From positions 4,352,001-4,416,000 of the forward strand of contig CBDCOX010000002.1 of the NCBI GenBank assembly GCA_965219995.1: a stretch of 64,000 nucleotides of DNA, read 5' to 3'. The position numbers and the translations under genes are program-made. Every line of letters starts with the position of its first letter. The stretch's first letter is position 1. The notes beneath the pieces were generated by a model. It worked only from the letters and a program-made list of their open reading frames with translations, did no database searches and had not been told where the DNA came from. The stretch is from Candidatus Latescibacterota bacterium. Its GTDB lineage: Bacteria > Latescibacterota > UBA2968 > GCA-2709665. Shown piece after piece: positions 61,401-64,000 of the stretch.

Positions 61401-61652
61401 CCCGAGACCGAACAGTTCGTTTTTTCGCTCGAAGAAGAACTTAAGGACGTTTCGGATATTGTAGAGGTGGCCATCAACGGCCGCTCCCTGGGCACGAGGG
61501 CCTGGGCGCCCTACAAGTGGTCGGCCAGAACCGAATGGCTGAAGCCGGGAAAGAACCGAATCGTCGTCCGGATGACCAACACGCTTTCCCGGCTTCTCAC
61601 CGGCTGTGAATTCGAGACCCGATCCCACTCCCTGGAGCCCGTCAAACTGTAG
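58410..61652 (+). CDS. Large glycoside hydrolase, GH106 (alpha-L-rhamnosidase)-like, with C-terminal beta-sandwich domains
   Basis: PPAPYR..P.W.WN, GLGGF, YLS..WF, QNPYW, INGRSLGTRAWAPY. Start could be 58365, 58410 or 58413. Confidence 0.78.
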   Translation: MMDTSTFLNPPAPYRILPTWTWNSTIEEGEIVRQIREMGEKGLGGFCLSAGPGLRIPYLSRVWFDRVRVAVETAREVGLQVWLHDEYPHPHSISGVQVSLGYPQYRAQHLTFDEITVQGGQQVDMELPWGTVLRALAVPLKRDRCLWEDVADIGDNIGANQRQEIFREHADDAVYHNKRFLAGHLTHRLFWKAPPGRWRVLVFIQRENEAAQPHGIHFDPFNADAVACFLETTHGRYASGLADDFGRVIQGILTTEAFPTPGRWPWSPTLPRVFQDRNRYDLLKCLPALMTYFGPNTARIRYDYFQTLSEMLRDNFHKAFETWCAKRNVLHAADVTVFRNAHRRNVHIPGTCGGGEKVGGFRNGDAHAASYRRNPRFSVSEHDGGRAFNTCFQDTGWSLTLQDMKWTVDRMGALGANLFHARGLSYTLDGLRKHDSPPSIFHQNPYWKHFRLLADYAGRLSYVLSQGRRRANLALLDPVTSLWAHLGSPGLGWEYIGYDEDEAKLTQRLATDWAYLIESMCRMQRDFDSLDPETLAAARVAGNRLQIDGAGYDVLILPPITNLERDAFERIRQFINAGGRVICLGLLPIEDIQEGPSVVEAFSRLTDMEPGRMRRDYIGHELGVHLIQRGNLYFIRTGGSVEKNRGARMLGDLLHRILPADVIVETDKKNGSAILAQRRETANEDLFFFANTDRNAFTSRITLEIPPHRRKVERWDLETGRRTPLPVEREGDRVRLNVDFERLQSHLIVASEDKPQPPGESETPAVLRPDGSDPWKVDPEEDNCLRLDRFQMQLDPQNKGIEQGWHKPGYRDNRWTSVTPKPVVDQIGDLSSLSGLPFTFNGAGPGRTAGPGIEFPLVCWFRTAFSADVVPSKLSLVMDRSAILGNYQIYLNGVRLPGKAFRPTFRYDHNNVTCAVVRRATTGRNVLAIRVELDDLNQGLVDAFYLFGKFGVRRWLNHYLRMVAPVDRGFPGELDEQKMPYYAGTVVYTKDMTFAEPPETEQFVFSLEEELKDVSDIVEVAINGRSLGTRAWAPYKWSARTEWLKPGKNRIVVRMTNTLSRLLTGCEFETRSHSLEPVKL

Positions 61653-61753
61653 ATAACCGGGGTCGGCCGGCGCTGGCCCGCTCCCTCACCTGAGGAACCG
61701 GATGCGCCAAGGACCCCCGCTGCCGGCGACTTGAACTCTGTATCGGTCAAGAG

Positions 61754-61784
61754 AAAAAGCGGCCTCACATCGAGGTCGCTTTTT
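61754..61784. terminator. Bidirectional intrinsic terminator
   Basis: AAAAAGCGGCCTC-ACATC-GAGGTCGCTTTTT. Confidence 0.75.
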
Positions 61785-61963
61785 CGTACAATACGAACGG
61801 TGAGATTCATCGAACGCCTATGCGCCGCGGTCGGGAGGAGTTACAGGCGGGGGCTGTTCGGTCAGCGAGTGGTCCGCTCGGTTCGTGCGTGAAGCGAGAA
61901 CGGGCCGCGTTCCAGGGGCGCCGTTCATTATCATTAGCCTTAATTCGAAAAAAGATAACCGCT

Positions 61964-62111
61964 AAATTGGCCACAAAAAGCACAAAAGGCACAAAGGGTA
62001 TCGGTGCGAAACGGCATGTGTCATAACGCCGTGATCCTGAACGAATTCCCACGTCTTTCGGCGATACGCCCAGCAACAGAATAGCTGTTTTTGTGCCTCT
62101 TGTGGCAATTT
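61964..62111. repeat. MITE-like element bounded by inverted 9-mer repeat arrays
   Basis: Left AAATTGGCCACAAAAAGCACAAAAGGCACAAA; right end reverse-complements to AAATTGCCACAAGAGGCACAAAAA. Confidence 0.6.
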
Positions 62112-62341
62112 GCCTTGCATCGAAAATTGCAGCAAGCCGACACTGTGGAGAAAACTCCCGAAACGGGCCGAAAAGGTCGTCTGGAAGGACATTTTTTCCG
62201 TCCACGTCCGGTGACCTGAAGGATCATAGAAATCAGCAGTTAAATCGCCTTTATTTGCTCGCACATATTCGAATTAACGTCCCCGAATATTGACGAATCA
62301 AGGTTAGATTTCGGCAGATGTCATTTCAAACGGAGATGAAT

Positions 62342-62605
62342 ATGAAAAAGGGATGGATCGCAGCAGGCGTGGCGGCGGCACTGCAGGGGTTTCTTCTGGT
62401 GGCGGCGGGCGTGATCTTCGCCGCCCTGTTCCTCATCAAGATCCTCTGGGCGTGGACGATTCCCGATCTGTTTCCCGGCGCGGTGGAACAGGGACTCATC
62501 GCGGGGGAGATTTCGTGGTTTGCATCGCTCAAGCTCGCACTCTTCCTTGGAATCCTTTCGGCGATCATCGGCGGACGAAGCGTGTCTACGTCGGTTTCGA
62601 GGTGA
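62342..62605 (+). CDS. Small hydrophobic membrane protein
   Basis: Two hydrophobic stretches around WAWTIPDLFPGAV; GGAG upstream. Confidence 0.7.
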   Translation: MKKGWIAAGVAAALQGFLLVAAGVIFAALFLIKILWAWTIPDLFPGAVEQGLIAGEISWFASLKLALFLGILSAIIGGRSVSTSVSR

Positions 62606-62636
62606 TAGTCACGCAAAGCAGCGATCAGCCAAAGGC

Positions 62637-62805
62637 GGTGAGACGTAAGACGGGAGATGATATGAGTGCCTGAAGAACGGGTAGGCGTTAGACGGGAGAC
62701 GGGAGATATTGTTTGCCTCGTGCGGGTTGATTTCTCGCCAGAGGCATAAGATTAGAATCGATCGGGCAAGGATGTCATCTAACGTCTTGCGTCTCACGTC
62801 TCACC
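62637..62805. repeat. MITE-like element bounded by inverted 7-mer (NNAGACG) arrays
   Basis: Left GGTGAGACGTAAGACGGGAGATGATAT; right end reverse-complements to GGTGAGACGTGAGACGCAAGACGTTAGATGACAT; an internal array at 62682-62709. Confidence 0.6.
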
Positions 62806-62891
62806 AAATTTTGGAGAGGGGGAGGAAAGCCTGGCGCACATCAAGCGATGGCAGTTTTGGAACGATCGATTAGACGTGATCGGATACTCAG

Positions 62892-63644
62892 ATGAAGTTT
62901 GACGACGGGTCTTACTACAGGGCATACGATCACAACTACCGGGTCGCGTATGAAGAAGGCCTGACGTACGCCGGCGAAGGCGGATCGCAGAAGGATCTTG
63001 AGCGCCTGCGGCGAATGCTCGGACGCATCCCCCACGATCCTCGCGATACCGGGATTCTGGACCTGGGATGCGGCGATGGCACAACAGGTATTTTTCTGGT
63101 ACGGCTAGGCTATCGGTACCTGGGCATCGACGTTTCGGAGGCTGCCATCGAACGTGCGAAGCGGCGCGGTGCCGAAGCCGGCGCGGGTGCGAGGTTCGAG
63201 GTGGCGAATGCGCTGGATCTCCATGCGTTTCCCGGTAGAGGTTTCGATATCGTCGTCGACTGCTATTGCTTGAATATGCTGGTTGTCGACGCCCACCGGA
63301 GAGCCTATCTTGAAAACGCCAGACGGGCAATGAAGTACGGGGGATTTCTTATCCTGTTCGGTGCGCGCGACGAGAATGCCTATGAGGGCCCGGTGGACTC
63401 GTTCGCCGAATTCTGCAAACGAACAGGCGCCAACACTTCCGGCGTGCCATTCCAGAAACGGAAGGGAAACGAGTGGCGGAGCGTACGTGACAAGAGGGTA
63501 TTCCTTTTGGGCCGCGCGCGCAGTCTCAAGGGGTATAAGGAGGAATTGAACGCGGCGGGTTTCGCGATCCTGCACCGAGCGGCCTATGGTCGAGAACGGC
63601 AATACGCGGGCTTCCTGATGCAAAGGGAACGGCAAGCGTTATGA
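62892..63644 (+). CDS. Class I SAM-dependent methyltransferase
   Basis: ILDLGCGDG, GIDVSEAAI, FDIVVD. Confidence 0.9.
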   Translation: MKFDDGSYYRAYDHNYRVAYEEGLTYAGEGGSQKDLERLRRMLGRIPHDPRDTGILDLGCGDGTTGIFLVRLGYRYLGIDVSEAAIERAKRRGAEAGAGARFEVANALDLHAFPGRGFDIVVDCYCLNMLVVDAHRRAYLENARRAMKYGGFLILFGARDENAYEGPVDSFAEFCKRTGANTSGVPFQKRKGNEWRSVRDKRVFLLGRARSLKGYKEELNAAGFAILHRAAYGRERQYAGFLMQRERQAL

Positions 63645-63756
63645 ATGGCAGATGGAACCAGGCGGGGCGATCCCATGAGAAATCTCGACGTCGGCTACTC
63701 TTGGTGTCACTTGTAGTAGCGCATTCAACTCTTTCTTCAAGGTACTGAGGAGTGCC

Positions 63757-64000
63757 ATGCCGGAGCGCGGCGACAGTCTTACGTGGTACCACGGCTCTCA
63801 GCAGGTGTTGGAGGAACTTCGCGTTGGGAGTTCTATCACGCGGAACCGCGGCCTGGCAAGGGCGTTTTCCCACCGGCCGTCGATTGTCACTATGCCTGAC
63901 CGGAGCGAGTCGGTTTCTCTCGAGAGTACGGTTAAGCACAACGGCGTCACGCCGGGCTATCTCTATGCTGTTTCCGAGCAGATCGACCCCCGGGATATCT
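63757..64000 (+). CDS. Partial ORF, possible ADP-ribosyltransferase-fold protein (runs off right edge)
   Basis: SD GAGGAG; translates as MPERGDSLTWYHGSQQVLEELRVGSSITRNRGLARAFSHRP...HNGVTPGYLY, open to the window end. Confidence 0.6.
   Translation, partial: MPERGDSLTWYHGSQQVLEELRVGSSITRNRGLARAFSHRPSIVTMPDRSESVSLESTVKHNGVTPGYLYAVSEQIDPRDI

Noticed and set aside
61964-62805. CRISPR array
   Set aside because: Units are 7-9 nt tandem or inverted repeats with no spacers or cas genes.
63641-63748. 35-codon ORF overlapping the methyltransferase stop (ATGA)
   Set aside because: No recognisable motif; cannot be distinguished from chance.

Overview
GC-rich bacterial chromosomal window with no rRNA, tRNA, CRISPR array or intact transposase. 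It holds a sigma-54 two-component pair, an attenuator-controlled ABC-2 exporter, a cell-wall cluster (SPOR lipoprotein, mltD-like, mreD, mrdA, rodA), dnaE, aroA, a peptidoglycan-recycling trio, a fused glyQ-glyS, rsmD, a long minus-strand run (ABC importer, Vgb-like propeller, HEAT lipoprotein, double FGE-like protein), four Gfo/Idh/MocA dehydrogenases with aminotransferase and deacylase genes, a GH106-like glycosidase and short repeat elements. The best hidden signal is a candidate 92-aa selenoprotein at 28159-28437 that the ORF track truncates. It is DUF5069-like, and an in-frame UGA sits where the family's Y-x-Y-x-C-P-x-D cysteine is expected. A SECIS-like hairpin follows, and the gene has its own promoter, SD and terminator. 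Second is a leader-peptide/terminator attenuator upstream of the ABC-2 exporter. All family assignments come from motif recognition, not database searches.
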